Positions 8,428-19,048 of a stretch of DNA of 23,908 bases are shown one piece after another. Location: positions 1-23,908 of the forward strand of contig JBGFRZ010000019.1 in NCBI GenBank assembly GCA_041694835.1. Reading direction: 5' to 3'. Position numbers and translations under genes: made by a program. Under the pieces are notes generated by a model. The model was not told the DNA's origin and ran no database searches. It worked only from the letters and a program-made list of their open reading frames with translations. This DNA is from Ignavibacteria bacterium (lineage in GTDB: Bacteria > Elusimicrobiota > Endomicrobiia > PHAN01). Within the stretch, counting starts at the first letter, position 1. Every line of letters begins with the position of its first letter.

Positions 8428-10464
8428 TCATTGATTTTGCAAGATATTTTGGCGCGCCATTTGTATATATCTTTTCGCCTGGTCATTTTTCGGGTCGCGT
8501 TCAAGGACTTTTCCGAAGTAATAAACGACATTTGACCAATCGGCTCTTTTCCAGTATATAACCGCTGCGTTGAAATACGCGTTTATGTTTTGAGCATCTG
8601 TTTCCATCGCTTTGGCGTAAAGTTCAAGGGCTTTTCTGTCGTCCCCGAGTTTTTCATGGATTGCCCCCAGATTCACCATACTTGGAGCGTCTTCGGGATA
8701 GAATGAAATTATTTTTTCATAAATATTTTTTGCTTCACGCATTTTATTTTCCTGAAAGTTTTTGAAAGCTTCTTGGGCCAATTCGATTTTCACGTTCGCT
8801 CTCAGCCATATTATATCCGGCCATCTCGCCATAAGATAGTCGTAGTGATTTACCGGGTTTTTCTTGAAAAGGGACTCAAGGTAGAAATATATGGGTTGCA
8901 GTCCTCTTGAGCGGTAGTCTGAGAAATTTTCGAAGATGTTTCGGAGGGAGTAAAAATAAAAGAGATTTTGCTTTTCTTGCGTAGTATAAAGTATGCCGGC
9001 GGCTTCTACTTTCGCGGGCGACATTATGTCTTTGTTGAACGTTGAAAAATAGACGGTTTTTGATTTTGATATTTCAGACTCTGTTTTTTTCCTTCTTTCC
9101 TCTTTTGATTCCTTGGAGAGTCTTCTGAAATCGTCTCCGTACGGCGACCTGAATACGACCGCACCTCTGTCATATAGAGCCACATCCGTTCTTTCCTTTT
9201 TTGCAAACTTAAAATACCCCGTGGAGTAAAACGTATCATCGCCGCCATCCATGAAAAGCACACTGTTGGGTTTTATCGATTTAAGGATATTTTTTCCATA
9301 GTCATGGGCAAGGAAATAATTCCGCCAGTTGTAGTTTGCGTAATTCAAAATTATCACTATGGCAATAGAGAGCGGAATCAAAAAATAATTGAGCGCTTTC
9401 AGAAATTTCTTTGTTTTGAAGAAAACGGCGCCGTGAAAAATCATGAAGCATAACGGTATGTTTCCCATGACATAAAATCTGTCGAGTATTCCTTCCGTTT
9501 CCGGATTGAATGGCAGGTTACCTAAAAAAATGAAAAACGGCACGGAAAATAAATAAATTAAAGAGATAAAAACAGCCTCTTGCGTTCTGGTTTTGAAAAA
9601 ATGATAAAATCCGATTAATATCAAAAACATGCCCGGAACCCCGAATTGATGAGAAAGGCCATTGAAAACTCGCTTCGCCTGCATCGCCAAAACAGGGAGA
9701 GTATACTTTTCTTTTTCTCCGACTGTCAGCTGTAAAGTCCCATAGTCGGCTCTTCTTATCACCCTTAAAGTTTTTGAGAGCGTCTCCGGATTGCCTACAT
9801 CAAACCCCGGATTTTTAACTGATCTGACTGGCAGATATATATATATCGAAAATCCCAATATAAATAAAAGCGACAAAGTGAGAAAACGAGAAAACGAGAA
9901 AACGAAGCGGATGGATTTTTGTTTAACGAGCAGATAAAGAATCGCCGGAACCATCAGAATTAAAGTGTGGTGATTTCCCAAGCCTAACCCGAATAAAAAA
10001 GATATCAAGCATAAATCCGGTTTCTTTAGCATTAGATAAATGACAACGGAACAGAAAAAGGCGTTCAGCGTAAAAACCTCAGTTTGAACGGAGGAGCGAA
10101 CCATCGAAAAAGAGAATGCAAAAAAAAGAGAAGAGAGGAAAGCAATTTTTGAATGTGTCTGATTTTTCAGCGTATTATATAGAACAAACACTGTTGCCGC
10201 GCCCCAGAATGCGCTCATCAGATTAATTTTGTATGCTATATCGCCGATAGGAATTATACTCAGAAATATCTTCCCAAAAAGAGAAAAGAGAGGGTATCCC
10301 GGAGCGTGGTTTATACCGAGTATCTGGCAGGACGCTATGAGCTCTCCGGCATCGCCCACGGTGAGCGAAGGCGCCATATTGAAGACATAAAATAAAAATG
10401 ATATGAAAAACGCGAGGATTCCCACGGCGGATATTAGTATACATAACTTGACAATAAAAAGCAA
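8428..10464 (-). CDS. DUF2723 / TMEM260-like GT-C membrane protein with C-terminal TPRs (paralog B)
   Basis: 'GDAGE...LGINHAPGYPLF', 'GLGNHHT', 'GGDDTFY', TPRs. Start uncertain (TTG 10464 or GTG ~10425). Confidence 0.85.
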   Translation of the reverse strand: MLFIVKLCILISAVGILAFFISFLFYVFNMAPSLTVGDAGELIASCQILGINHAPGYPLFSLFGKIFLSIIPIGDIAYKINLMSAFWGAATVFVLYNTLKNQTHSKIAFLSSLFFAFSFSMVRSSVQTEVFTLNAFFCSVVIYLMLKKPDLCLISFLFGLGLGNHHTLILMVPAILYLLVKQKSIRFVFSFSRFLTLSLLFILGFSIYIYLPVRSVKNPGFDVGNPETLSKTLRVIRRADYGTLQLTVGEKEKYTLPVLAMQAKRVFNGLSHQFGVPGMFLILIGFYHFFKTRTQEAVFISLIYLFSVPFFIFLGNLPFNPETEGILDRFYVMGNIPLCFMIFHGAVFFKTKKFLKALNYFLIPLSIAIVIILNYANYNWRNYFLAHDYGKNILKSIKPNSVLFMDGGDDTFYSTGYFKFAKKERTDVALYDRGAVVFRSPYGDDFRRLSKESKEERRKKTESEISKSKTVYFSTFNKDIMSPAKVEAAGILYTTQEKQNLFYFYSLRNIFENFSDYRSRGLQPIYFYLESLFKKNPVNHYDYLMARWPDIIWLRANVKIELAQEAFKNFQENKMREAKNIYEKIISFYPEDAPSMVNLGAIHEKLGDDRKALELYAKAMETDAQNINAYFNAAVIYWKRADWSNVVYYFGKVLERDPKNDQAKRYIQMARQNILQNQ

Positions 10465-10477
10465 AATAATGTAAAAT
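10448..10477 (+). promoter_or_regulatory. sigma70-type promoter for the trmD operon
   Basis: TTGACA-N18-TAAAAT, 26 nt before the trmD ATG. Confidence 0.55.
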
Positions 10478-10503
10478 CTATACTCTACTAACGGACGGAT
10501 TTT

Positions 10504-11232
10504 ATGATCTTTGAAATATTAACTTTATTTCCCGAGATGTATGAAGGATTTTTAAAGACAAGCATAATTGCAAAAGCCATCAAGAATGGGATAATAAGGA
10601 TAAACATACACAACCTAAGGGATTTTGCGAAAGACCGGCATAGAACCGTAGACGACAAATCTTTCGGACCCGGGCCGGGAATGGTGCTCAAAGCCGAGCC
10701 TATATATAAAGCGTTAAAAAAAATAATCCCCGAAAGAATCTCCGCCAACAAACTCTTGCCAAAGAAAACCAGCGGAATAATATATCTTTCACCGCAAGGA
10801 CGCGTCTTCAATCAGAAAACTGCGAAAGAGCTATCCAAATATAGACAACTCATTTTTATATGCGGACACTATGAAGGCGTTGATGAAAGAATATTCAGAT
10901 TTATAGATGAAGAAATCTCGATAGGCGATTATGTTTTGACGGGCGGTGAACTTCCGTCTATGGTCGTCGTCGATGCCGTATCGCGTCTTGTCAAAGGTGT
11001 AGTAAAAAAGGAAGAGTCGGTTGAGTGCGATTCTTTTTACAACGGTCTGCTTGATTATCCTCATTACACAAGGCCGAGGATATGGCGAGGCGGCAAAGTG
11101 CCGGAAGTTTTATTGTCGGGGAATCACAAAAAGATAGACGAGTGGCGAAAAAAAAAAGCGTTAGATGTTACTGAAAAAAAACGTCCCGACATTTTGGAAT
11201 CGAAGAAAAAAGAAATCCGAAGGATTTCATAG
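10504..11232 (+). CDS. trmD: tRNA (guanine-N1)-methyltransferase
   Basis: LTLFPE, VDD..FG.GPGMV, LSPQG, CGHYEGVDER, SIGDYVLTGGE and YPHYTRP motifs. Confidence 0.99.
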   Translation: MIFEILTLFPEMYEGFLKTSIIAKAIKNGIIRINIHNLRDFAKDRHRTVDDKSFGPGPGMVLKAEPIYKALKKIIPERISANKLLPKKTSGIIYLSPQGRVFNQKTAKELSKYRQLIFICGHYEGVDERIFRFIDEEISIGDYVLTGGELPSMVVVDAVSRLVKGVVKKEESVECDSFYNGLLDYPHYTRPRIWRGGKVPEVLLSGNHKKIDEWRKKKALDVTEKKRPDILESKKKEIRRIS

Positions 11233-11242
11233 GAGATGATAT

Positions 11243-11635
11243 ATGACAACATCTAATTTGTTAACCCCTCAAGAAGTTAAAAAGCCGAATTTCAGATATG
11301 GTGACCAGATAAGGGTTCATTTCAAAATCAGAGAAGGCGAAAGCGAAAGAATCCAGGCGTTTGAAGGCGTGGTCATAAGACAGAGGGGCTCTGGTGCGAG
11401 CAAGACCTTCACTGTCAGAAAGGTTTCCTACGGCGTCGGCGTGGAAAGGATTTTTCCTCTTTACTCCCCGCTCATCGAAAAGATTGAATTGGTAAAATCG
11501 GGGAAAGTCAGAAGGGCGAAGCTTTATTATCTGAGAGAACTCGCAGGCAAATCAGCGAGAATACAGGAGACGAAAGAATCGCAACAGAGGGAACGCCCCG
11601 AAGATTCGTCTTTGCCTTTGGAACAGCAAAAATGA
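11243..11635 (+). CDS. rplS: 50S ribosomal protein L19
   Basis: [26 protein letters not shown] and [11 protein letters not shown] motifs. AGGAG RBS. Confidence 0.99.
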   Translation: MTTSNLLTPQEVKKPNFRYGDQIRVHFKIREGESERIQAFEGVVIRQRGSGASKTFTVRKVSYGVGVERIFPLYSPLIEKIELVKSGKVRRAKLYYLRELAGKSARIQETKESQQRERPEDSSLPLEQQK

Positions 11636-11639
11636 GTTT

Positions 11640-12266
11640 GTGCCGTCGACCGAAATAAGAATAATGAAACACAGAGCTCTTTATAGATTCGACAAAGAAT
11701 TAAGGAAGGGCTTTGAACTTATCGCCGGAGTGGACGAGGCCGGAAGGGGGCCTCTGGCGGGACCTGTCGTCGTTGCTGCGGTCATTCTTTCCTACAAAAA
11801 ACAAATCAATGGACTATACGACTCGAAACTTTTAACTCCGAATGCCCGAGAAAAAATTTATTATGAGATACTGAGGAACGTCGTTTCTTTCGGCATCGGT
11901 GTTTCTGGCGAAAGATGCGTGGACCAAAAAGGCATAATGAAGGCGCTGTTTTCGGCCGCAAGAACCGCCGCAAAAAAATTATCGCCCCAGCCGGATATTG
12001 TTTTATTTGACGGGAATCATAAAATACCGGGACTACATCTCGGACAGATGAATATCGTCAAGGGCGACAGAAAAAGCGCCTGTGTAGCAGCCGCCTCGAT
12101 AATAGCCAAAGTGACGAGGGACAGGATGATGAAGGCATACGCGTCGGAATTTCCCGCTTACGGCTTCGAGTGGCACAAAGGATACGGAACCCCGGCGCAT
12201 TACGAAATACTCAGAAAAATCGGCCCCTCCCCACTGCACAGGATGAGTTTTCTTAGAAATTTATAA
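11640..12266 (+). CDS. rnhB: ribonuclease HII
   Basis: GVDEAGRGPLAGPVV, DSK, KGD..SA.VAAASIIAKVTRD and HKGYGT motifs. Start may be ATG 11664. Confidence 0.97.
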   Translation: MPSTEIRIMKHRALYRFDKELRKGFELIAGVDEAGRGPLAGPVVVAAVILSYKKQINGLYDSKLLTPNAREKIYYEILRNVVSFGIGVSGERCVDQKGIMKALFSAARTAAKKLSPQPDIVLFDGNHKIPGLHLGQMNIVKGDRKSACVAAASIIAKVTRDRMMKAYASEFPAYGFEWHKGYGTPAHYEILRKIGPSPLHRMSFLRNL

Positions 12267-12294
12267 AATAAATTTCTGGTTTTCGCAAAAATTT

Positions 12295-12636
12295 ATGAAG
12301 CCCCGAGAAAGAGGCGACCTTGCCGAGAAATTCGCTATTGAATTTCTTAAAAAAAGCGGCTATAAAATAATAGAAAGGAACTTCAATACGAAATTCGGCG
12401 AGATAGATATAGTGGCCGTTGACGGAAAAACCCACGCTTTCATAGAAGTGAAGTACAGAAAGTGTGCCAACCACGGTTCCCCTTACGAGTCCGTCAATCG
12501 CAAGAAGATGGAGCGTCTCAAAAAAGCGGCGTGGTGTTACATTCAGAAGAATGGTCTGTCCGATACGGACTTAAGGTTTGATATCGTAAGTATATCCGCC
12601 GACAAAGTAGAACTTTTCAAAAATGCATTTGTGTAA
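12295..12636 (+). CDS. yraN: YraN (UPF0102) PD-(D/E)XK-family protein
   Basis: G..AE..A..FL...GY.I.ERNF, GEIDIVA, FIEVKYR and RFDIV motifs. Canonical position after rnhB. Confidence 0.95.
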   Translation: MKPRERGDLAEKFAIEFLKKSGYKIIERNFNTKFGEIDIVAVDGKTHAFIEVKYRKCANHGSPYESVNRKKMERLKKAAWCYIQKNGLSDTDLRFDIVSISADKVELFKNAFV

Positions 12637-12729
12637 AATAGAGGATAGAAAATAGCGAATAGAAAATAGAGATTAGGGAATGGAAATTTTTATTCAATCC
12701 CCCATCCCCTCTCCTCTATTCTCTAATTA
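12635..12729. repeat. degenerate heptamer tandem repeats arranged as an inverted pair
   Basis: Seven nnnATAG-like units (AAAATAG AGGATAG AAAATAG CGAATAG AAAATAG AGATTAG GGAATGG) then five complementary units (CAATCCC CCATCCC CTCTCCT CTATTCT CTAATTA). Confidence 0.75.
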
Positions 12730-12730
12730 T

Positions 12731-14266
12731 ATGTTATCAAAAATTTTATCTGGCGCCGTCGAAGGCATTGATGGATACATAGTCACAGTAGAGGTTGACC
12801 TTGCGAGTGGCTTTCCCTCTTTTACCACGGTCGGTCTTCCCGATGCGGCGGTTAAAGAATCAAAAGAGCGCGTCGCCGCCGCCATCAGAAATTCCGGCTT
12901 CGATTTTCCGATAAAAAGGACAACCGTCAACCTCGCCCCCGCATCAATAAAAAAAGAAGGTCCTTCGTTTGACCTCCCCATAGCCGTCGGGATACTCTCC
13001 GCCGCTGGCTCATTAAAGCAAAACGCACAAGAGCGTCTTAAGAAAATAGCCATCATAGGGGAACTCGCTCTCGACGGAACGCTTAGACCAATAAAAGGAA
13101 TTCTTCCCATCGCCATAGAGCTTAAATCCATGGAAATAGAAGCCGTCATTCTTCCTTCGCACAACACCGCTGAAGCTGCTGTTATCGAAGGGATAAATGT
13201 CTATGGAGCCAAAAATCTCAAAGAGACGATTTCATTTCTCAACGACGAGCTCGAAATTCCAAAGACCAATTTTGACAAAAATTCTCTCATAAATGAATTT
13301 ATGGAGTTTGAATTCGATTTTGCCGATGTAAAAACCCAGAATTTTGCAAAAAGAGCCATAGAGGTTGCGGTTTCTGGTGGCCACAACATAATAATGATAG
13401 GCCCCCCGGGCAGCGGAAAGACGATGCTTTCAAGAAGGATTATAAGCATTCTCCCCCCGTTGAGTTTCGACGAATCTATAGAGGTGACCAAGATCCATTC
13501 TGTCAGCGGTTCTCCCGTAAAACACGGACTCGTCACAAAGAGGCCTTTCAGGTCGCCTCACCACACGATATCCGATGTAGCTCTCATAGGCGGGGGACAA
13601 TATCCAAAGCCGGGCGAGGTTTCGCTCGCTCACAGGGGCGTTTTGTTTCTTGATGAACTTCCCGAGTTTGAGAGGAATGTCCTTGAAGTTTTGCGTCAAC
13701 CACTTGAGGATAAATTAGTCACCGTCTCGCGGGCAAAAAACTCCATCACATTTCCGGCGTCTTTTATGTTTGTGGCAGCGATGAATCCGTGCCCTTGCGG
13801 AAATTACGGGCATCCCGAAAAAAGTTGCACCTGCACCCCTTATCAAATTCAGAAATATATCTCGAAAATATCTGGTCCGCTCCTCGACAGGATAGACATA
13901 CACATAGAAGTCCCTGCTCTGAAATCATCCGAGATAATATCGCGGGAAGAAAGACCCTCGGAACCATCGAAAGATGTAAAGAAAAGAATAGAAAAAGCTC
14001 GCGATATTCAAAAAGAAAGATTCAAAGACGCCAACACCAATGCCACGATGAACCCGAAGATGCTAAAAAAACATTGCAAACTCAACGACTCCTGCGAGTC
14101 GCTTTTGAAAAATGCGATTGAAAAGCTGGGGCTTTCGGCGAGGGGATATGACAAGGTTTTGAAAGTTTCAAGAACGATAGCCGACCTCGCCGGCTCCGAC
14201 GAGATAAATACTCGGCATCTCGCTGAAGCCATCGGCTACCGCTCGCTTGATAAATTTACCGTATAA
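12731..14266 (+). CDS. comM: YifB/ComM family Mg-chelatase-like AAA+ ATPase
   Basis: [52 protein letters not shown] and LSARG motifs. True start likely ATG 12731 ([15 protein letters not shown]), because the longer start reads through the repeat. Confidence 0.95.
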   Translation: MLSKILSGAVEGIDGYIVTVEVDLASGFPSFTTVGLPDAAVKESKERVAAAIRNSGFDFPIKRTTVNLAPASIKKEGPSFDLPIAVGILSAAGSLKQNAQERLKKIAIIGELALDGTLRPIKGILPIAIELKSMEIEAVILPSHNTAEAAVIEGINVYGAKNLKETISFLNDELEIPKTNFDKNSLINEFMEFEFDFADVKTQNFAKRAIEVAVSGGHNIIMIGPPGSGKTMLSRRIISILPPLSFDESIEVTKIHSVSGSPVKHGLVTKRPFRSPHHTISDVALIGGGQYPKPGEVSLAHRGVLFLDELPEFERNVLEVLRQPLEDKLVTVSRAKNSITFPASFMFVAAMNPCPCGNYGHPEKSCTCTPYQIQKYISKISGPLLDRIDIHIEVPALKSSEIISREERPSEPSKDVKKRIEKARDIQKERFKDANTNATMNPKMLKKHCKLNDSCESLLKNAIEKLGLSARGYDKVLKVSRTIADLAGSDEINTRHLAEAIGYRSLDKFTV

Positions 14267-14269
14267 ATC

Positions 14270-16852
14270 ATGCAGGAAAAATTCACCTTCAAATCACAAG
14301 AAGCTATAATTGATGCCGAGGAGATAGCGAGAGGCTATCGCAACACGACGGTCGCCGAAAGCCATCTTCTTCTGGCGCTTTTGAGACAGTCTGAAGGAAT
14401 GGTATCAGAAATTGTAAAAGGTATTCCTGCCGACCTGAAACAGATTATTAACGAGTTGTCGTCGACGCTCGAAAATCTGCCCACAGCAACCTCATCGACG
14501 CGTCCATACGCCTCATCGGAACTTACAAGTATAATTGAAAACGCGAAGAGGGAAGCGTCCTTGCTCAAAGACGAGTTTATATCCACCGAGCATCTTTTTA
14601 TGGCGGTGGCCGCCTCAAAGACAAAATCCGGCGCGTTGCTTTCAAAATATGGAATAACGAGAGAAACTATATTAAAAACACTTATGAAAATAAGAGGGAA
14701 TATGAGAGTAGACGACCAGAACCCGGAGGATAAATTTCAGGCGCTTGAAAAATACACGAGGGACTTGACAGAGTTAGCTAAAAAAGGAAAACTCGACCCC
14801 GTGATAGGAAGGGATTCCGAGATAAGAAGAGTGATGCAAGTTTTATCCCGAAGAACCAAGAATAATCCTGTTTTAATCGGAGAGCCCGGCGTTGGAAAGA
14901 CCGCTATAGCCGAGGGGCTTGCAAGAAGAATAGCTTCCGGAGATGTTCCGGAGATGCTCAAAGAAAAGAAAGTCCTTTCGCTTGACCTGGGGGCGTTAAT
15001 CGCCGGGGCGAAATTCAGAGGAGAGTTTGAGGACCGACTTAAAGCCGTTTTAAAAGAGATAACATCTAAAGAAGGAACGATAATACTATTTATCGACGAG
15101 CTCCACAACCTTGTCGGCGCCGGTGCCGCCGAGGGGGCGATTGATGCGGCAAACATAATGAAACCGCTCCTTGCCCGTGGAGAGCTTAGATGCGTAGGTG
15201 CAACCACTCTCGACGAGTATAAAAAATACATAGAAAAAGACGCCGCTCTTGAAAGAAGATTTCAACCCGTGGTTGTGAGTCAGCCCACCGTCGACGACAC
15301 TATAGCGATATTGAGAGGGCTCAAAGAAAGATATGAAATTCACCACGGCGTAAAAATCAAAGATGCCGCCTTGGTTTCAGCAGCGGTGCTTTCTAACAGA
15401 TACATATCCGACAGATTTCTTCCCGACAAAGCCATTGACCTTGTTGACGAGGCGGCGTCTCGTTTAAGGATAGAGATAGATTCTATGCCTTCAGAGCTTG
15501 ACGACCTTGAAAGAAAAATTAGACAACTTGAAATAGAAAAACAGGGTTTGTTGAAGGAAAAATCGAAAACCGAAGATGTCGATAAAAAACTCGAAGGGCT
15601 CAAAAAAGAAAGAGCGCAACTTTCTTCCCACTGGAAAAGTGAAAAGGAAGCGATACTGAAAATCAGACGGCTGAAAGAAGATATAGATGACTTGAAATTA
15701 GAAGAAGAAAGCGCAGAGCGTTCAGGTGATCTCGGAAAAGTGGCGGAGCTCAGGTACGGAAGAGCGAGAGAGTTGCATAATCAACTTGAGACTGAAAACG
15801 AAAAACTTGCCGACATACAAAAAAATATGAAGATGCTGAAAGAGGAAGTCGACGAGGAAGACATAGCGGAAGTCGTTTCAAAATGGACGGGAATACCCGT
15901 CTCAAAAATGCTTGAAACTGAAACTGCGAAACTTCTGAGAATGGAGGAGTACATTAAAAAGAGAGTTGTAGGACAAGACGAAGCGATAAATGCCATTTCA
16001 AACTCCGTCAGGCGCGCGCGCAGCGGTCTTTCAGAGCCGACGAGACCGCTTGGTTCTTTCATATTTCTTGGTCCAACGGGGGTGGGAAAAACCGAGCTTG
16101 CAAAAACACTTGCCGAGTTTCTTTTCAACGACGAAAAAAGCATGATTCGTCTTGATATGTCGGAGTATATGGAAAAACACTCCGTAAGTCGTCTCGTCGG
16201 CGCACCACCGGGATATGTGGGTTACGAAGAAGGAGGACAACTCACAGAGGTGGTAAGACGTAGGCCCTACGCCGTCATACTTTTTGATGAAATCGAAAAA
16301 GCCCATCCCGATGTTTTTAATATGCTACTTCAAATTCTTGATGACGGTCGTCTTACTGACGGACAAGGCAGAACCGTCGACTTCAAAAACACCGTGATTA
16401 TAATGACATCGAATCTTGGCGCCGAGGTTTATCAAAAGACAGCATCGCCGCTTCTTGAACTGATGGAAAAGGAAATAAAAGGAGAACTTCTTGGAGTTTT
16501 GAAAAAGTATTTCAGACCGGAATTTTTGAACAGAGTCGATGAAATAATTATATTCCACCATCTTACCGATGAACACATAAAAAAAATTGTGGATATACAG
16601 CTCGCTCTCCTCAACAGGCGCCTCTCCGACAAAAAAATAAAAATAGAGCTTACAAAGGCAGCAATGGAGTTTCTATCCGCCGCAGGTTACGAGCCGCATT
16701 ACGGCGCCCGCCCGCTGAAAAGAGTGATTCAGAGAGAAGTTGTGGATGTTTTAAGTCAGAAGCTCCTTTCGGGTGATATTAAGGAAGGTAAGACGCTTGT
16801 GGTCGATAAACCCGCTAAATCCCGGCGACTCGAATTCGAACCTAAAAAATAA
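14270..16852 (+). CDS. clpB: ATP-dependent chaperone ClpB
   Basis: Clp N-domain, two AAA+ modules ([16 protein letters not shown]), long coiled-coil M domain with 'ELRYG', no IGF ClpP-binding loop. Confidence 0.97.
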   Translation: MQEKFTFKSQEAIIDAEEIARGYRNTTVAESHLLLALLRQSEGMVSEIVKGIPADLKQIINELSSTLENLPTATSSTRPYASSELTSIIENAKREASLLKDEFISTEHLFMAVAASKTKSGALLSKYGITRETILKTLMKIRGNMRVDDQNPEDKFQALEKYTRDLTELAKKGKLDPVIGRDSEIRRVMQVLSRRTKNNPVLIGEPGVGKTAIAEGLARRIASGDVPEMLKEKKVLSLDLGALIAGAKFRGEFEDRLKAVLKEITSKEGTIILFIDELHNLVGAGAAEGAIDAANIMKPLLARGELRCVGATTLDEYKKYIEKDAALERRFQPVVVSQPTVDDTIAILRGLKERYEIHHGVKIKDAALVSAAVLSNRYISDRFLPDKAIDLVDEAASRLRIEIDSMPSELDDLERKIRQLEIEKQGLLKEKSKTEDVDKKLEGLKKERAQLSSHWKSEKEAILKIRRLKEDIDDLKLEEESAERSGDLGKVAELRYGRARELHNQLETENEKLADIQKNMKMLKEEVDEEDIAEVVSKWTGIPVSKMLETETAKLLRMEEYIKKRVVGQDEAINAISNSVRRARSGLSEPTRPLGSFIFLGPTGVGKTELAKTLAEFLFNDEKSMIRLDMSEYMEKHSVSRLVGAPPGYVGYEEGGQLTEVVRRRPYAVILFDEIEKAHPDVFNMLLQILDDGRLTDGQGRTVDFKNTVIIMTSNLGAEVYQKTASPLLELMEKEIKGELLGVLKKYFRPEFLNRVDEIIIFHHLTDEHIKKIVDIQLALLNRRLSDKKIKIELTKAAMEFLSAAGYEPHYGARPLKRVIQREVVDVLSQKLLSGDIKEGKTLVVDKPAKSRRLEFEPKK

Positions 16853-18952
16853 CTATCCTTGTATTTCCGATATGTCGGCAAGCGGAAGATATAGATTTAT
16901 TATCTTTGAAAGTAGCGAAAGGCGGTTTGTTTTTATATCCTCTTCTTCGGCCATAACCATAACTTTTTCAAAAAATTTATCAAGGTGCTTACTTAAGCCG
17001 ACTAAAAGGCCAAACGCCGTCGTGTAGTTTTTTTTCTCTAACGATGTCCTCAAATTTTCCTCAAGGTTGTTTATCGCCACGAATAGTTCGGCTTCAGATT
17101 TCTCCCTGAATTTGTTTTCATCAATGGAATTTAAACTTAAAGAATGGGCTCCCTTTTTCGCCTGCCTTATGATATTCGAAACTCTTTTGAATATCGTTAC
17201 TACATGCTCGAAATTCGGCTCCTTCCTTATCTCGGCAATCGCTTTTATCCTTTGGAGCGTATCCGGGACGTTATTAAATCCTGCCGCCATAACCGCCCTG
17301 ATTTCATCGAAATTATAATTTAAGGTTGTCAGGATAGTTTCAAATCGTTGACCAAAGAAATTCAATAAATTTTTTTTAAGAGCATCTTGTCTTTCTGCAG
17401 GTATGTTTAAACATTCGAAGGATTTCAGTATAAGCTCGTCCAAGGGCACTTTATCGATTTGGTGTTCGACAAAAATTCTCACTATGCCCGTTGCCATTCT
17501 TCTTAGTCCGTAAGGGTCTTCGGAGCCAGTGGGAATAAGTCCGATTGAAAAGTTCGCCGAGATAGTGTCTATTTTGTCGGCGACAGAAACTAAAGCCGCC
17601 GGAAAATCAGGCAATGTGCTTTCGGGTCCATAGGGCTGAAGATGCTCCTCTATAATGCAACAAACTCGCGAGTTTTCCCCTCCCTTTTCTGCATATATTC
17701 TTCCCGCCGTGCCCGAAAGTTCAGGATATTCGAAGACTATCTCGCTGACCATATCGGTTTTTGAAAGATACGCCCCTCTTTCTATATCGGACATTATGCT
17801 TTGTTCTACTCCGATTTTTAAACACAACCATTTTGAGAGTTCAATTATTCTTAAGGTTTTCTCGTAAATCGTCCCGATATTTTCGTGGAATGCGACGCCC
17901 TTGAGTTTTTCAACATTCGACCCGAGCGGTTTTTTTAAATCGTTGTGAAAGAAAAATAAGGCGTCTTCAAGTCTCGCCGTCAGTACCTTTTCGTAACCTG
18001 AACGTATGACATCGATATTTGAAGATATGCCGTTTTTTACGGCGACAAAACTTTCGGAGATATTGCCGTGTTTTTTGAGAGGAAAGAATTTCTGCTTTTT
18101 TTTCATGCAAGTTACAAGTATCTCTTCAGGCAGATTGAGATATTTTTTGTCAAACGAGCAGATGAGCGCCACCGGATGTTCAATTAAATTGTTGACTTCG
18201 GCGAGCAGGTTTTCGTCTATAAGAATCTCTGCGGTTTGCTTTTTCGCCGCCGCCCCTATTGCCTTTAGCAGGCGATTTTTTCTCTCTTCGGCATCGACTA
18301 TGATGCATTGGTTTTTAAGCGTCGTAAAGTATTTTTCCGCCGAGTGTATTTTTATTTTTTTCGAAAATCCCGCTCCCGCTCCGAATGTGGTTCCCGAAGG
18401 TTTTACATCTGCCACGCTTCTCATCTTGAGTTGCCTTTCCCCGTATAGAGCGAGAATGTTCCTTATGGGCCGTGCAAACCTTAACTGAGAGGACTCCCAT
18501 ACCATCGATTTCGGGAATTTTATACCCGCAATTATAGACGGAAGTTCATTGGAAAGAATTGTCTGTGTCTTTTCTCCGTATATTGGAATCGAAGCGCAGA
18601 AGTATTCGCCCTTGGATAGTTTTTTTAGCAGAAGTTCGTCTGGTTTAAGACCGTACTTTTGAGCAAAACCGACGGCGGGAGGAAGGAATTGGCCATTTTT
18701 GTCTTTTCCCGACGCAACGCTAGGCCCTGTATACTCCTGTGTTCTGTCGTCGGCTTTCGGTGAAAGTCGTTCGACATAGAGTATCAATCTCTTCGGCGTA
18801 TATGTCGTCGATATCTTACCGTATTTTATCCTTTTTTCGGTGAGAAAATTCTCAAACAGAGTTAGGAATTGTTGTGATGCGGGTTTTAAAAATGTTGTGG
18901 GAATTTCTTCACAGCCAATTTCAAGCACAAAATCGTTCGATTTATTTTCCAT
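16853..18952 (-). CDS. glyS: glycyl-tRNA synthetase beta subunit
   Basis: LEIGCEEIP, TPKRL, FPKSMVW..RFARPIR, ARLEDALFF, PTGSEDPYGLRR motifs and DALR C-terminus. Start placed at ATG 18952. Confidence 0.97.
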   Translation of the reverse strand: MENKSNDFVLEIGCEEIPTTFLKPASQQFLTLFENFLTEKRIKYGKISTTYTPKRLILYVERLSPKADDRTQEYTGPSVASGKDKNGQFLPPAVGFAQKYGLKPDELLLKKLSKGEYFCASIPIYGEKTQTILSNELPSIIAGIKFPKSMVWESSQLRFARPIRNILALYGERQLKMRSVADVKPSGTTFGAGAGFSKKIKIHSAEKYFTTLKNQCIIVDAEERKNRLLKAIGAAAKKQTAEILIDENLLAEVNNLIEHPVALICSFDKKYLNLPEEILVTCMKKKQKFFPLKKHGNISESFVAVKNGISSNIDVIRSGYEKVLTARLEDALFFFHNDLKKPLGSNVEKLKGVAFHENIGTIYEKTLRIIELSKWLCLKIGVEQSIMSDIERGAYLSKTDMVSEIVFEYPELSGTAGRIYAEKGGENSRVCCIIEEHLQPYGPESTLPDFPAALVSVADKIDTISANFSIGLIPTGSEDPYGLRRMATGIVRIFVEHQIDKVPLDELILKSFECLNIPAERQDALKKNLLNFFGQRFETILTTLNYNFDEIRAVMAAGFNNVPDTLQRIKAIAEIRKEPNFEHVVTIFKRVSNIIRQAKKGAHSLSLNSIDENKFREKSEAELFVAINNLEENLRTSLEKKNYTTAFGLLVGLSKHLDKFFEKVMVMAEEEDIKTNRLSLLSKIINLYLPLADISEIQG

Positions 18953-19019
18953 ATTACTATCGATTGTGCCCGCTGCAACTTTGCATGGCAGATTTAGAAA
19001 ATTAAAACGCAAAAAAACA

Positions 19020-19048
19020 ATTCGTGTTTATTCGCGTCAATTCGTGGT
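19020..19048. repeat. three 10-bp-period repeats ATTCGYG
   Basis: ATTCGTGTTT ATTCGCGTCA ATTCGTGGT in the DJ-1/glyS intergenic region. Confidence 0.6.

Noticed and set aside
12680-12730. Longer comM start ([17 protein letters not shown])
   Set aside because: This is a translation of the heptamer repeat. Family members begin at the MLSKI.. position.
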